The notes below the pieces were generated by a model. That model saw nothing but the letters and a program-made list of their open reading frames with translations, was not told where the DNA came from and ran no database searches. The position numbers were made by a program, and so were the translations under genes. A stretch of DNA of 64,000 nt. Source: Perkinsela sp. CCAP 1560/9. Lineage: Eukaryota; Protista; Euglenozoa: Kinetoplastea. Of this stretch, positions 47,972 through 59,108 are shown piece by piece. How positions within the stretch are numbered: the stretch's first letter is position 1; every line of letters starts with the position of its first letter. Where the stretch lies: positions 1,612,001 to 1,676,000 of the forward strand of contig CBFFSA010000001.1 of the NCBI GenBank assembly GCA_965644495.1, read 5' to 3'.

Positions 47972-48569
47972 CGCTTGTTTTAATGATGGTTTTGGCATTT
48001 GTGTTGACAAATAAATTTTCAGTTGGAATTTTTTTGGTTTCGTTTTGTTTATGCTGGTTTAGGCTTGCCCGAGTACTACCTGTGTGAACAGAGTTTTTAA
48101 AATGTTTTATGGATCAGATGATACGAGATATTTTTGATTGAATTACAAAATACCAGGAAAATATTTCAATCAGATGCTTACCAAACTTCTTGACAAATCC
48201 AGCTTTCAAATGTTTTTACATTTTCTTGCCTGTGTTGGTTTCGTTTTATAGATATCTGTTCAGTGAATGCTGCAGAGTTTTTGAGTGGATTTGGCTATGC
48301 TTCTTGCGTGTAAATACACGAACATTTACCCATAAAAACCCTCTTGCCCGACCAGTTTAAAACTTGGTTCTCCTCCAAAGTAAGGATTCTTTTATTTTTT
48401 GCCACGTAGAATCCACCGTACAACATTACATGGTGGAAACTTCTGCTCTGCATATTTTGTTTTGATGAATATAATAATGTAACACCGAAAAAATGTACCA
48501 AGACAGCATAATAATAATATGCAATTGTTTCCTTCTTAGCCTACTTGAATACCTTTTTCTCTTTTCCTT

Positions 48570-49628
48570 ATGACTCTGTCCGGTCTACTTTTTCTTCTGC
48601 TCAGTGCACTTCCAGTGCACTCCGAATCCTTCGTGGGACTTCACTTATTGAAAGGACAGATTTATTATGCAGTGAATACCGCGGATGATTATGTGCCCCG
48701 TGTGCTGTGTGAGCGACAGGGTGACATTCGAGAGTTTGTTCATAACGCATACAATATTTACGTCATCCCTTCCCAGTGCCTTTGGGAGAATGCGCACCAC
48801 GTACAAAAGGACGCATTTGGTCGAGTAACAGACGTGAAATGGAGGAAATACATATCCGGAGGATGTGGCTTTTCGAATAGGATTCTCTGGAGCCTTCTGC
48901 CGTGTACTGTACGCAAAATCGATTTGTCTTTCAATTCCCTAAAGTCCGTTTCCAATCAAACTTTGCCTACGGCTTCAGACTTTCCTTTCCTCACTGAACT
49001 CAACGTTGAAAGTAATCAATTAAGTGGAAACGTTTCCTGGTCAGAATTGCCGTCTGCTCTTCGTGTGCTGAATGTACGAAAGAATAAGTTGAGCGGCTCT
49101 GTAGAGTGGAACTCCTTGCCTTCTTGTCTAATGATATTAGACATATCAGAGAATAAATTTACCGGTAGTTGTGAACTTGACTCTTTGCCTCCTGCCCTGC
49201 GAGAACTAAACGCAAGTCAGAATTCGTTTGATGGAGAACTGCGTCTGGAGAATATTCCATTTGCACTTGTGACCTTAAACCTTTCTAGTAACAAGCTCGC
49301 AGGTGAGGTGAATTTCTCTGGAATTCGCCGTGAGTGCCATTCTTTCAGCGTTAGCGTGAAGACGAGCGGTGAATCGGAGGCTGTAAAGTGTCCTGTGATG
49401 TTGCAGGAATTGGATCTTAGCAAGAATTGCTTTCACGGAAATTTCACGTTCGATTTATTCCTTTCGCATCTTTTAAAGCTTGACATGAGCAGCAATTCAA
49501 TTGGACCGAGTGTTGTGGTTGAAAATCTAGCGCCCTCCATGGTGATTGATTTGAGACTGAATCGGATTTCTGCCGCAAGTTTGGTGAATTGCATCAACGG
49601 AATACAATTGTTTCCACAACGTTCCTAA
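48570..49628 (+). CDS. Secreted LRR protein
   Basis: Paralog of 45813-46877. Confidence 0.9.
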   Translation: MTLSGLLFLLLSALPVHSESFVGLHLLKGQIYYAVNTADDYVPRVLCERQGDIREFVHNAYNIYVIPSQCLWENAHHVQKDAFGRVTDVKWRKYISGGCGFSNRILWSLLPCTVRKIDLSFNSLKSVSNQTLPTASDFPFLTELNVESNQLSGNVSWSELPSALRVLNVRKNKLSGSVEWNSLPSCLMILDISENKFTGSCELDSLPPALRELNASQNSFDGELRLENIPFALVTLNLSSNKLAGEVNFSGIRRECHSFSVSVKTSGESEAVKCPVMLQELDLSKNCFHGNFTFDLFLSHLLKLDMSSNSIGPSVVVENLAPSMVIDLRLNRISAASLVNCINGIQLFPQRS

Positions 49629-50253
49629 GCCACTTTATATTGTTTATTAGCCACTTTCCTATTGTATTCTGTTCGATTTTTGACATATTCATACATGTAC
49701 TTGCCCATTATGGACGGTGACTTTGATACAGAAATCTATTAGTATGATGGCTGCGACCTTTGTGTTGACAAATAATTTTTCAGTTGGACGGTTTCGTTTT
49801 GTTCATGTTGGTTTAGGCTTGCCCGAGTACTACCTGTGTGAACAGAGTTTTTTAAATGTTTTATCGATCAGATGATACAAGATATTTTTGGTTGAATTAC
49901 GCAATACTAAGACGCTTGCCAAGCTTCTTGACAAATATAGTTTCCAATTGGTTTTTGCCTGTGTTGGAATCGTTTTAAACATGTTTTTTTAGTGAAGCAG
50001 AGTATTCAGCGTATAATACATGAAATGTTTTCCATGGGTATATTCTTTCCCCCCCACATTAAGAATTCTATTGTATTTTTACGTGTATTTTTGTAGAATC
50101 CACCGTACAACATTGCATTGGTGGAAACTTCCGCTGTGCATATTTATTTTTGATAAATGTAAACAATGCAACACCGAAAAAATGTACCCGAATAAAAATA
50201 ATATGCAATTGTTTCTTTCTTTGCCTACTTGAATACGTTTTTCTCATTTCCTT

Positions 50254-51345
50254 ATGATTCTGTCCGGTCTACTTTTTCTTCTGCTCAGTGCACTTCCAGT
50301 GCTCTCCGAATCTTTCGTGGGACTTCACTTATTCAAAGGACAGATTTATTATGCAGTGAATACAGCAGATTCCTCTGTGCCTAATGTGATGTGTGAGCGA
50401 GAGGGTGATATTCGAGAGTTTATTCGTCATTCATACAGTCCTTGTTTCTACCCTTCCCAAGACTTTTTAGACAACGCGACTTCATCGCGTCATGTAAAAA
50501 AGGACACATTTGGTCGAGTAACAGCTGTGGAATGGAACAAATACAGCCATAAAGCATATGGGTTTCGCGATAGAATTCATTGGAACCTTCTGCCGTGTAC
50601 TGTACGCGAAATCAATTTGTCTTTCAATTCCCTGAGCTCTGTTTCAAATCAAACTTTGCCTACAGCTTCAGACTTTCCTTTCCTCACTGCACTCAACGTT
50701 GAAAGTAATCGATTGAGTGGAAATGTTTCCTGGTCAGAATTGCCCTCTACTCTTCGTGTGCTAAATGTACGAAAGAATAAGTTGAGTGGATCGGTAGAGT
50801 GGGATGCGTTGCCTGCTCGTCTAATGGTATTAGGCATATCGGATAACAAATTTACCGGTACGTGTGAACTTCACGCATTGCCTCTTGGTCTGCGAGAACT
50901 GAACGCGAGCCATAATTCTTTTGATGGTGAATTGTCCCTGGAGAATTTCCCATTTGCACTTGTTTCCCTGAACCTTTCTAGTAACAAGCTTTCAGGTACG
51001 GTGGATTTCTCCGGACTACAGCGTGAGCGTCTTTTATCGAGTAATCAAGTGGGACAGAGCAAGACATCCAATGAACAGAGATTCGTATCGTGCCCTGTAA
51101 TGCTTCAGGAAGTGAATTTGAGCAAAAATGTGTTCAACGGGGATGTCGTTTTTGACGTGATTCTACCCGTTCTTGCAAAGCTTGATATGAGCTGTAACTC
51201 GCTGGGTCCGAATGCAAGAATCCGAAATTTGTCTCCTTCAACTGTGGTTGATTTAAGACTGAATCTGATTTCTGACGCTGTGTTGAAAAATTGCGTCAAT
51301 CGTGTGTTGTTGAATCCTCAAACCGATAGCCCATTGAACTTCTGA
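50254..51345 (+). CDS. Secreted LRR protein
   Basis: Paralog of 45813-46877. Confidence 0.9.
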   Translation: MILSGLLFLLLSALPVLSESFVGLHLFKGQIYYAVNTADSSVPNVMCEREGDIREFIRHSYSPCFYPSQDFLDNATSSRHVKKDTFGRVTAVEWNKYSHKAYGFRDRIHWNLLPCTVREINLSFNSLSSVSNQTLPTASDFPFLTALNVESNRLSGNVSWSELPSTLRVLNVRKNKLSGSVEWDALPARLMVLGISDNKFTGTCELHALPLGLRELNASHNSFDGELSLENFPFALVSLNLSSNKLSGTVDFSGLQRERLLSSNQVGQSKTSNEQRFVSCPVMLQEVNLSKNVFNGDVVFDVILPVLAKLDMSCNSLGPNARIRNLSPSTVVDLRLNLISDAVLKNCVNRVLLNPQTDSPLNF

Positions 51346-51865
51346 ACACTATAAACGTATATTCTTCTATGCTTTTTTAATATTTCATGCATTAAGTCTT
51401 GCCATAATAATCATGTTTTATTAATCAATCGACGAAATAAGGCCACAGAACGTTTTGTTGAAGCATATTTTCCTTTTTGAGATTGTCGCTAGACTTGCCA
51501 AAGGTGGTTTTGATATTTTAACTTACCATTAGTGAGTAATTTATTCAGCGTTTGCAATGATTAATAAGTAGTATTTGGAAACAGCAGACAAAAAATTCAA
51601 GTTACGAAAATGTCTTAATCTTGCCCTAAATCTCTCGAATGCGAAGTATAAACTTATGCTCCTAAAATTTTATGCTCCTAATATTATGCTCCTAAAAGAG
51701 CATAAACTAGTCCTATGAATCTCAGTCTTTAGATTTTTCCTGATTGAAACAATAAAAAGTTTTTAAAAAATCAAGGTAGTTTGTTATACCCAAGTTTATG
51801 TTGTTTTATCCTCAAGCAAAACGTTACGCATTTTTTTATACAAATCCTTTTAGTTAAAAGGAATA

Positions 51866-52148
51866 CCGTATACCCCCCCAGTAACAGAGATTTGACCATT
51901 TTTGGGTTGACCCCCAGTAACAGAGATTTGGTTCGGGAGGGTGGTTGGAGGGGGGAGGGGGTGTTTGAGCGGGTGGGGGTCGCTGGGCTGGGTGAGGGCG
52001 GTTGCGCGGGAGCGAATGGCGTAGTTGCGGGGTTGTCTGAACAGAAAATCAACGCACCTGTGAACAAAAAAGGTATTTTCCCACCAAAAAAGCATACCCC
52101 CCCAGTAACAGAGATTTGAACGACTCTATTACTGGGGGGTGTATACGG
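51866..52148. mobile_element. pogo-type MITE
   Basis: TIR CCGTATAC.CCCCCCAGTAA; TA TSD; internal direct repeats CCCCCAGTAACAGAGATTTG. Confidence 0.9.
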
Positions 52149-52272
52149 TAGCATTGAATTACTTTTATACAGGTACTCCTTACTGCAGGTAATACTCTCT
52201 TTTTTCTTTATCTTTTCCCAGCTCTCTAGAAATTCTTCTTCCCTACCTCTTCTCTTCCCTATTCAACTTCTC

Positions 52273-55200
52273 ATGCTCTCTCCCACTCAATCCCTCCACG
52301 CGCTTACCCGAACTCGGCCCTTTCACCTCTCTGCTCGTCTCTCACGTAAACCACAGAGTATTTCGGCCACCCCCATCACTCCTCCATGGTCCACGTTAGC
52401 CTACCCAACCCAATGGAACCACATAAGACAAAAACTAAAAGCAATACTACAAAAATCAAAATTGCGATCGGATGAAGGGAAAGAATGCGTTCAAGATACT
52501 TTAAAAATTGTTTCCGAAAAGAATTCAAACGATGATTTCACTCTTTCACAACATTTGAGACGGATTTGTGATCTCCCTTATGCGCCTCATCCCTATCACA
52601 CGCTTTGTGAACTTTCGAAAGTTGTAGACCCCAATGGAAACAAACAAACGACGTTTTCGAGATTGATCGTCTCGTATCCGATTCTTCATCGATGGGTTAC
52701 ATGCTCCTTAGCTCGGCTGCGAGAAGCATTGCTGCAAAACTCGCTGGAAGACCAAGTCGGAGGGAATAACGCAATCGCCTATGATATGGATGGAGTGCAG
52801 CTAAGTGAGGAGAGGACGTGCAGTTATAGCTTTTGTGTGTGGTTTAGGGATTATCTAGAACAGGAGATTATTTTGCAAGAAAAGAAGATGAGAAGGACAG
52901 AGAGAGCGAATTCGAATGGCGACATAAAGGAGAATGCAAATGTTGAGGAGACGGGAGGTGATCAGGATAGGCGGGAATGCATTTTAGGCTTCATTGAACT
53001 TGCGTCAGTGCTGCGAGAGCCTGGAATGGTGGAGAATATGGTACAGCAAATTTTTGAACTGAATAAAAGTGAGCCAATCTCAGAGGGGGGGCATCAGTCT
53101 GAGTTTAAAAAACAGTTATACGATCCCAATCACCCGCAGATGATTTTTGAAAAGGGCGAGACGGACAACCCTCACCGTGACACGTACCCAAAATATTACC
53201 GGCGCCTACCGCCCGAGGACACTTTTCAAAAGCTTACACTATGGAGGCTACACGCGTATTGCGATATGGCACGAGACAATGTTAATGAAGAGGAGGCTAT
53301 TTCATCTCTATCATTGTCTCTTTCATCTCCCTTGTCGCTCCCCTGTCCTCCAGTACGTCGTATCTTTGAACAGTCCCACAACCCCTCCTTTCGTACTTAT
53401 CTCTCTCCCAACTCGACTCCATTTTTCTCTTCCCAAAATCCGAATATAGGGGTATGCTGGCCCGTGGTCTCTGCCTTTGCCAATGCAGTCCACCTGACGG
53501 ATGATTTAGAGTACCTGTATCATTTTCTGGTATCCCAACCCGATGCAAGTCGCATTCCGAACACCGTATTTGTGGCCTCCATGGGGGCGTGTGCCCGACT
53601 TACGGAGTCCACTGGAATAAAAAGGAGTGAAGGAGTTGGGCAACCTAACAGTGCAACTCACGAATGGGATTCGCATACAGAAGCTCACGTTTCGACCACT
53701 TTATCACATACGGAATCGACTACAGACAATCGACCTCAAATTGATGACCACGACGCTAACACCCCGAATTCTTCATCCCCTTCCCCCCTCACCCACCCCT
53801 GTTCCTATTCCTGCGGGATGGCCTACGTCCTTTTTAAAATGGCACTCGATCGACCCACAACATCTTCCTCTCCCTCCCCTGCTAGTCTGGACCTCCTCAT
53901 CGCTCTCGCCTACGTTACTGCGGCCCATGGTCTCACCCTGGAGACCGCTCTAACCTACCACCACTGCCTCCGTCTCCTCTCAAGTAAACCTTCGAAACCT
54001 CCAAAATCCAGTGACCCCAACTCCAATCCCAACCTAACCTCTAACTTACCTTCTCACTCCTCTAACTCTTCTTCCCCCATCTCCCCCCTCCTCCGCCTCA
54101 CCACACGTGTCACGCTCCGCTCCCTCCACCTCTGGTCCCTTCTGCTTTCCGGTTCCTTCACCGCTGCCCTCCGTGCCCTCCGTACCGCCGCCCTACGCCA
54201 CCATCCCATCGAACCCACAACCCACTGGATATTCCTCTATGAAGTAACAAAGAGACAAACACAGCAACAACAAGAACAACAAGAACAACAGCAACAGCAA
54301 CAACAACAAGAACAAGAACAACAGCAACAACAACAGCAACAGGAACAACAACACCTAGTACCTGGCACTAGACATAATCCGCTCTGTACTACAGATACAG
54401 TTCAACAGCACCCAGCATCTGACAAGAGAGACACTACGCTCTCTACTACAGATCCAGTACAACCACAAGTCGTAGTTCACACGGGAGAGCCTACACAAGA
54501 ACTCTCTACTACAGATACAGTACAACCACGAGTCGTAGTTCACACGGGAGAGCATGCACAAGAACTCTCTACTACAGATAGAGTTCAACAACAAGCAGTA
54601 GTTGACAACACAGACAACACACTCTGTAGCACTCCTTCACTACAACAACCACAAATAGTAGTTGACATGGGACACAATCCACTCTCTACTACAGATAGAG
54701 TACAACCACAAGCAGTCGTTCACAAGACAGACACTACACTCTCTCCTACAGATCCAGTACAACCACACGTAGTACTGAACAACACAGACCACACACTCCC
54801 CAGTACGTGTCCCGTACAACCACTGCAACAAGCCGTAGTGGATAAGACAGACACTACGCTCTGTACTCCTACTGCTACTCATCCAGTAGAACGAGTACAA
54901 GTACAAGGGGTACAGCCTGAGTACAGTCGAAGTACAACCCATACGAGTAGTACAGATCGTACGAGTAGCAATAGTACGAGTAGTGCTGGTAGCTGCAGTA
55001 CAGATAGTACGGGTAGCTGCAGTACAGATAGTACGGGTAGCTGCAGTACAGATAGTACTAGTAGTACTGGTAGCTGCAGTACAGATAGTACGGGTAGTAC
55101 TGGTAGCTGCAGTACAGGTAGTACGGGTAGCTGCAGTACAGATAGTACTAGTAGTACTGGTAGCTGCAGTACAGATAGTACGGGTAGTACTGGTAGCTGC

Positions 55201-57531
55201 AGTACAGGTAGTACGGGTAGCTGCAGTACAGATAGTACTAGTAGTACTGGTAGCTGCAGTACAGATAGTACGGGTAGCTGCAGTACAGATAGTACGGGTA
55301 GTACGGTTGCTAGTAGTACAAGTAGTACTGGTGGCTGTAGTAGAAGGAGTACGGGTAGTACGAGTCGTACAAGTAGTACGAGTAGCTGCATTGGTAGCCC
55401 TACAAGTAGTATAGGTAGTACAGAAACTACTGGTAGTACTGGTAGCTATAGTACAGGTACTACGGGCAGTACGAGTAGCAATAGTACGAGTAGTACTGGT
55501 AGCTGTGGTGCAAGTAGTACGAGTAGCCGTAGTACAAGTCGTACAGATCGTACGAGTCCTACAAGCGGTACGAACAGCTGTAGTGCGGGTCGTGTAAGTA
55601 GCTCTAACGGTAGTCATGCTACTATGGCGGCTACTCCTACGGCTGCTACGCCTAGCACGGGTCGCCGCAGTACACGCCCTGTGGGTTGGGTGTTCGTACT
55701 GCTGTGGTGGAACGTGGTGTGGAAGATGGGGCTACGGGTGGGGGAGAGGACACGGGCCATGGGACTATCCGGGTGTAGGGGGAACCCGTGGGTGGTGGTG
55801 CGGGTGTTGCAGCGGGAGATGGAGAGAACATGCAGAGCGGGGGGGAGGGGGAAGGGGGAGGTAGAGAGGGCGGGGGTGGAGACGGTACCGGTGGGTGGGG
55901 GGGAGATGGGGAGAAGGGACAGTGGGAGGGAGGGGGGAGAGGGAGGAAACGGCCAAAAAGAAGGTGAAATCGGGGGAAAACACCGAGGCGGGAGAACACA
56001 GTCCCTGAGTGGGTATAATGGGTTGAACGGCCCCCCATACGTGCCTGGGGTGCTGTATGACATGATTCTTCAAGGGGATATGGCTCCGTCGCATGTGACT
56101 TATGACCCGATTGTTGATTTTTTGTCTGTGTTTGTGTTTCGTGCGCTTGGGGGGTTGCAGTGCGCGCATTTTCCGATTCGAAAGGTTGCCGATGTGAAGG
56201 TGTGGGTCGAGGACACGAAACGATTGCTTTTCGTCGGTCCGCCGTATGATTCCAATTGGGGGTCGATGAACCAAAAGGACGTAGTCCCCCTTCATGATTT
56301 CTGGACTCAACTACGAGCGGATTATGGTCTCGATGACGGGGATAAAGTCATTGTCCCGTTCGAGACGTTGTTTGCGATTTTCGCTGCCATTGCAGCGTGT
56401 CACGTACAGTCGACGGTGGGACATGCTTGGCTATCCGCCCTGGCGACAGCACCCGTCAATGTTCACTTTTTGCCGTTATCGGAGATGACACACGTGCGTG
56501 AATGTATCCAAAAGGATTGGCAGTCCTGTGATAGAAGGCAACAAAGCAGCCAATTTCCTTCAACACCTGTGGTTCTTTGCCAAAGCGCAAATCTAGGAAA
56601 GGAGTTGGATGCTCTGTCGGACAAGGATCCTTCGAATACGGAGATACACCGCAACGAATCATTCCCTTGTGAAGCTCGGTTCGACACAACTCGCCGTCCT
56701 TGCTTCCAACTTGAGACTTTCTGGGACTTAGCCCCTCAAGTCGCGCTGTATCCACCGAGCGCCTGCGGATCTCGCAGCGTGCTCTTTGGTCTCCCCAGAA
56801 ACTTGCTTGGGACAAACGTGGATAAGGATTCCTCGTTTTCCTCCCCCTCTTCGACATTTTCTGGTTTTTCGACAACCATGGCACCTTCCCCTCCTGGTCC
56901 TTTTATGAATGTTTTCGACCCTTTCGCGCTTACCTTTCAAGATCGTATCCCTTGTACGGCACTCAGCGCTCATGTCCTGCGCACCCAACAGCTCACCAGA
57001 CTACGTGTCGGGGTAGTTCCCCCTCTGAAAAACACGAAAACCAAAAGAACCGTAACAAGACAAACCAATCAGAGCTTGGCTATATCTAAAGTGTCTTCTC
57101 CTTCTGCAAATGACGTGGTGAAGAATCCCTTATCCTTGCAATATCATAAATCAGTAATCACGCGCCCCAAACGGCTTCGTTTTCGGCGCAAAGGCTTTTC
57201 AAACAGTGTCGCTCGAGAAGCTAAAGCGGGTAAGGCTTTTGCGCTTTCTCTAGGCGAGTTAGAAAGCTGTCGATCTCAGCCCTCGTTATATGCCCGGCAC
57301 GTCCAGTGTAGGTCACATTACCTACAAAGTGAGTATGAACGTTGTAGAGTTGAAAGAATCCAAAGGGAAGAACATAAAGGGCGGAACGAAAAAGAGAACG
57401 AGAAAAAATGCATTTTAACAGGCGCAAATGGACAAGCCTCCTGGGGTGAAACCACACCTTCCTACCGATTTTCGTTTCCCGTTGAAGAATTGCGTAAATT
57501 AATAAAAGATATTCGAGAATGGGAGAAGTAG
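52273..57531 (+). CDS. Large hypothetical protein (possible mitochondrial presequence, helical/PPR-like repeats, degenerate PIN-like segment) with ~600 aa low-complexity expansion
   Basis: Intact 1752-codon ORF; Arg/Ser-rich N-terminus; polyQ, ~23-aa STTDxVQ repeats and STGSC repeats. Confidence 0.7.
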   Translation: MLSPTQSLHALTRTRPFHLSARLSRKPQSISATPITPPWSTLAYPTQWNHIRQKLKAILQKSKLRSDEGKECVQDTLKIVSEKNSNDDFTLSQHLRRICDLPYAPHPYHTLCELSKVVDPNGNKQTTFSRLIVSYPILHRWVTCSLARLREALLQNSLEDQVGGNNAIAYDMDGVQLSEERTCSYSFCVWFRDYLEQEIILQEKKMRRTERANSNGDIKENANVEETGGDQDRRECILGFIELASVLREPGMVENMVQQIFELNKSEPISEGGHQSEFKKQLYDPNHPQMIFEKGETDNPHRDTYPKYYRRLPPEDTFQKLTLWRLHAYCDMARDNVNEEEAISSLSLSLSSPLSLPCPPVRRIFEQSHNPSFRTYLSPNSTPFFSSQNPNIGVCWPVVSAFANAVHLTDDLEYLYHFLVSQPDASRIPNTVFVASMGACARLTESTGIKRSEGVGQPNSATHEWDSHTEAHVSTTLSHTESTTDNRPQIDDHDANTPNSSSPSPLTHPCSYSCGMAYVLFKMALDRPTTSSSPSPASLDLLIALAYVTAAHGLTLETALTYHHCLRLLSSKPSKPPKSSDPNSNPNLTSNLPSHSSNSSSPISPLLRLTTRVTLRSLHLWSLLLSGSFTAALRALRTAALRHHPIEPTTHWIFLYEVTKRQTQQQQEQQEQQQQQQQQEQEQQQQQQQQEQQHLVPGTRHNPLCTTDTVQQHPASDKRDTTLSTTDPVQPQVVVHTGEPTQELSTTDTVQPRVVVHTGEHAQELSTTDRVQQQAVVDNTDNTLCSTPSLQQPQIVVDMGHNPLSTTDRVQPQAVVHKTDTTLSPTDPVQPHVVLNNTDHTLPSTCPVQPLQQAVVDKTDTTLCTPTATHPVERVQVQGVQPEYSRSTTHTSSTDRTSSNSTSSAGSCSTDSTGSCSTDSTGSCSTDSTSSTGSCSTDSTGSTGSCSTGSTGSCSTDSTSSTGSCSTDSTGSTGSCSTGSTGSCSTDSTSSTGSCSTDSTGSCSTDSTGSTVASSTSSTGGCSRRSTGSTSRTSSTSSCIGSPTSSIGSTETTGSTGSYSTGTTGSTSSNSTSSTGSCGASSTSSRSTSRTDRTSPTSGTNSCSAGRVSSSNGSHATMAATPTAATPSTGRRSTRPVGWVFVLLWWNVVWKMGLRVGERTRAMGLSGCRGNPWVVVRVLQREMERTCRAGGRGKGEVERAGVETVPVGGGEMGRRDSGREGGEGGNGQKEGEIGGKHRGGRTQSLSGYNGLNGPPYVPGVLYDMILQGDMAPSHVTYDPIVDFLSVFVFRALGGLQCAHFPIRKVADVKVWVEDTKRLLFVGPPYDSNWGSMNQKDVVPLHDFWTQLRADYGLDDGDKVIVPFETLFAIFAAIAACHVQSTVGHAWLSALATAPVNVHFLPLSEMTHVRECIQKDWQSCDRRQQSSQFPSTPVVLCQSANLGKELDALSDKDPSNTEIHRNESFPCEARFDTTRRPCFQLETFWDLAPQVALYPPSACGSRSVLFGLPRNLLGTNVDKDSSFSSPSSTFSGFSTTMAPSPPGPFMNVFDPFALTFQDRIPCTALSAHVLRTQQLTRLRVGVVPPLKNTKTKRTVTRQTNQSLAISKVSSPSANDVVKNPLSLQYHKSVITRPKRLRFRRKGFSNSVAREAKAGKAFALSLGELESCRSQPSLYARHVQCRSHYLQSEYERCRVERIQREEHKGRNEKENEKKCILTGANGQASWGETTPSYRFSFPVEELRKLIKDIREWEK

Positions 57532-57850
57532 AGAAGAACACGGAATACAAGTCAAAACATACAAGGCAAAGATGCGAAAACTATTATATTTCCCCCTATT
57601 TATCGCAAGAAGCTTTTTTCTCTAGCAGAGAGGCTCTGTTTAGAAATGAGTTCCATGACCATTCTCCTCATTCCACGTAGGAAACAAATGAAGACCATGA
57701 ACCAAAGTGCCTCAAGCACATTTTTTTCTTGTTTTTGATATATTCTTGACCAGCGTGGAGATTTAAAGAGGATCTCTTCCAGGCATATAAACTTTTTGAA
57801 ACATTTTCAAGTAGTAGTCGCAATGTTTTTCAACGAGTGAAAATATACAC

Positions 57851-58612
57851 ATGGATGATACGTTATTCCCACGCAACCGCGTAGGCAAAGCGCGCGCAAA
57901 ACTTCCAGAGGAATATCAGTTGGCCCAATTCTTGAGGGACACACAGAACAAGCATCCCTCTTGGAATACAGATACTCCTGCGTGCGAATGGCATTGTGTA
58001 GACTGCATTGAAAAGGCTGAAATTTACAGAATTCGATTCTCAGACTCTTCTCTCATCGGGACTCTGTATTGGTCACATTTATCAAGCATAAATTGCTCTC
58101 ATTTATTTCTCGATCACAATGAGTTAATGGGGGAAGTCGAGCTACAAGTTTTACCGTTTAATATTGAGAGTTTTAATGGCCGCAATAATGAATTCGATGG
58201 CACTCTGAATTTGGAGGACATGCCGCCGTCCTTGCACACTCTCGACCTTTCTTATTGCAAGATGCATGGGCCCATCTCGCTAGGCCTGCTGTCCCCCCAG
58301 GTGAGGGGCATATACTTAAGTCGAAACATGTTCTCAGGGAGTCTATTTTTAGGGACAATACCGAGCCGCATGACTTCGTTGTGGTTATCCCACAATAATT
58401 TCTCCGGGCCAGTTGATTTGCGGCATCTACCCTACCGCATCTGGTTAGGGTTGGACCACAATCAAAACCTAAGCGGTGAATATGATCCAATATGGTTTTC
58501 ACGTACAATTTATGTAGGCGGAACTCAAATTAAGATACTGCCCAAGCGTGGGTCGTATCGGTGCCTTTTGCCCTTACGATATGTGATTGATTCCGACGTA
58601 TGGCAGTTTTAG
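57851..58612 (+). CDS. LRR protein (second family, LRRNT-like cap)
   Basis: SWNTDTPACEWHCVDC cap followed by LRRs. Confidence 0.85.
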   Translation: MDDTLFPRNRVGKARAKLPEEYQLAQFLRDTQNKHPSWNTDTPACEWHCVDCIEKAEIYRIRFSDSSLIGTLYWSHLSSINCSHLFLDHNELMGEVELQVLPFNIESFNGRNNEFDGTLNLEDMPPSLHTLDLSYCKMHGPISLGLLSPQVRGIYLSRNMFSGSLFLGTIPSRMTSLWLSHNNFSGPVDLRHLPYRIWLGLDHNQNLSGEYDPIWFSRTIYVGGTQIKILPKRGSYRCLLPLRYVIDSDVWQF

Positions 58613-58696
58613 TGGCACTTTTAATAGGCATGTGACCCCTCCTTTTTTAATTTTGAATTGCCGGAGTCCCCTTTCAAATCTTTTTCTTCCATTATA

Positions 58697-59100
58697 CAGT
58701 GGTGACCTAAATGCTCCGCCCCCCGGCGATTATCCCTTTTTGTATCCGTTTTTGCTCATTTTTGTTGCATTCGAGAGATCTCGTTCCCATAGCACGTTGA
58801 CATTTTTTCTTTCTGAAGGGTACCCCCCTGTCCCTTCCCGAGGACCAAAGATTAAGATTTTTCTAATAAAAAATCGAAATTCAGATAAGAACGTTTTCAT
58901 CCAATTTTGAAAAATGTATTTTTTTCCTCCGTTTCAGCTGATTTTTGTTGCATCCGGGAGATCACATTGTCGTTGGGTGGCAAGCACAATTTTTTCTCAT
59001 AAGGAGGCCTTCATGACCCTGTGCGAAATCCCAAAAAAAAACATAAAAAATGAAAAAAAGGAGCAATATCCGGAATGTTCCCCCCACGTTCCTTAACAAT
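58697..59100. mobile_element. Tc1-type terminal fragment
   Basis: TA|CAGTGGTG start; similar to the 3689 terminus (TTTTGCTCAT..GAGAGATCTCGTTCCC). Confidence 0.6.
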
Positions 59101-59108
59101 ACGGAGTA

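Noticed and set aside
54640-55617. Long antisense and alternate-frame ORFs (also 19509-20630, 41822-42868, 13089-13413)
   Set aside because: Shadows of low-complexity or GC-rich sequence.
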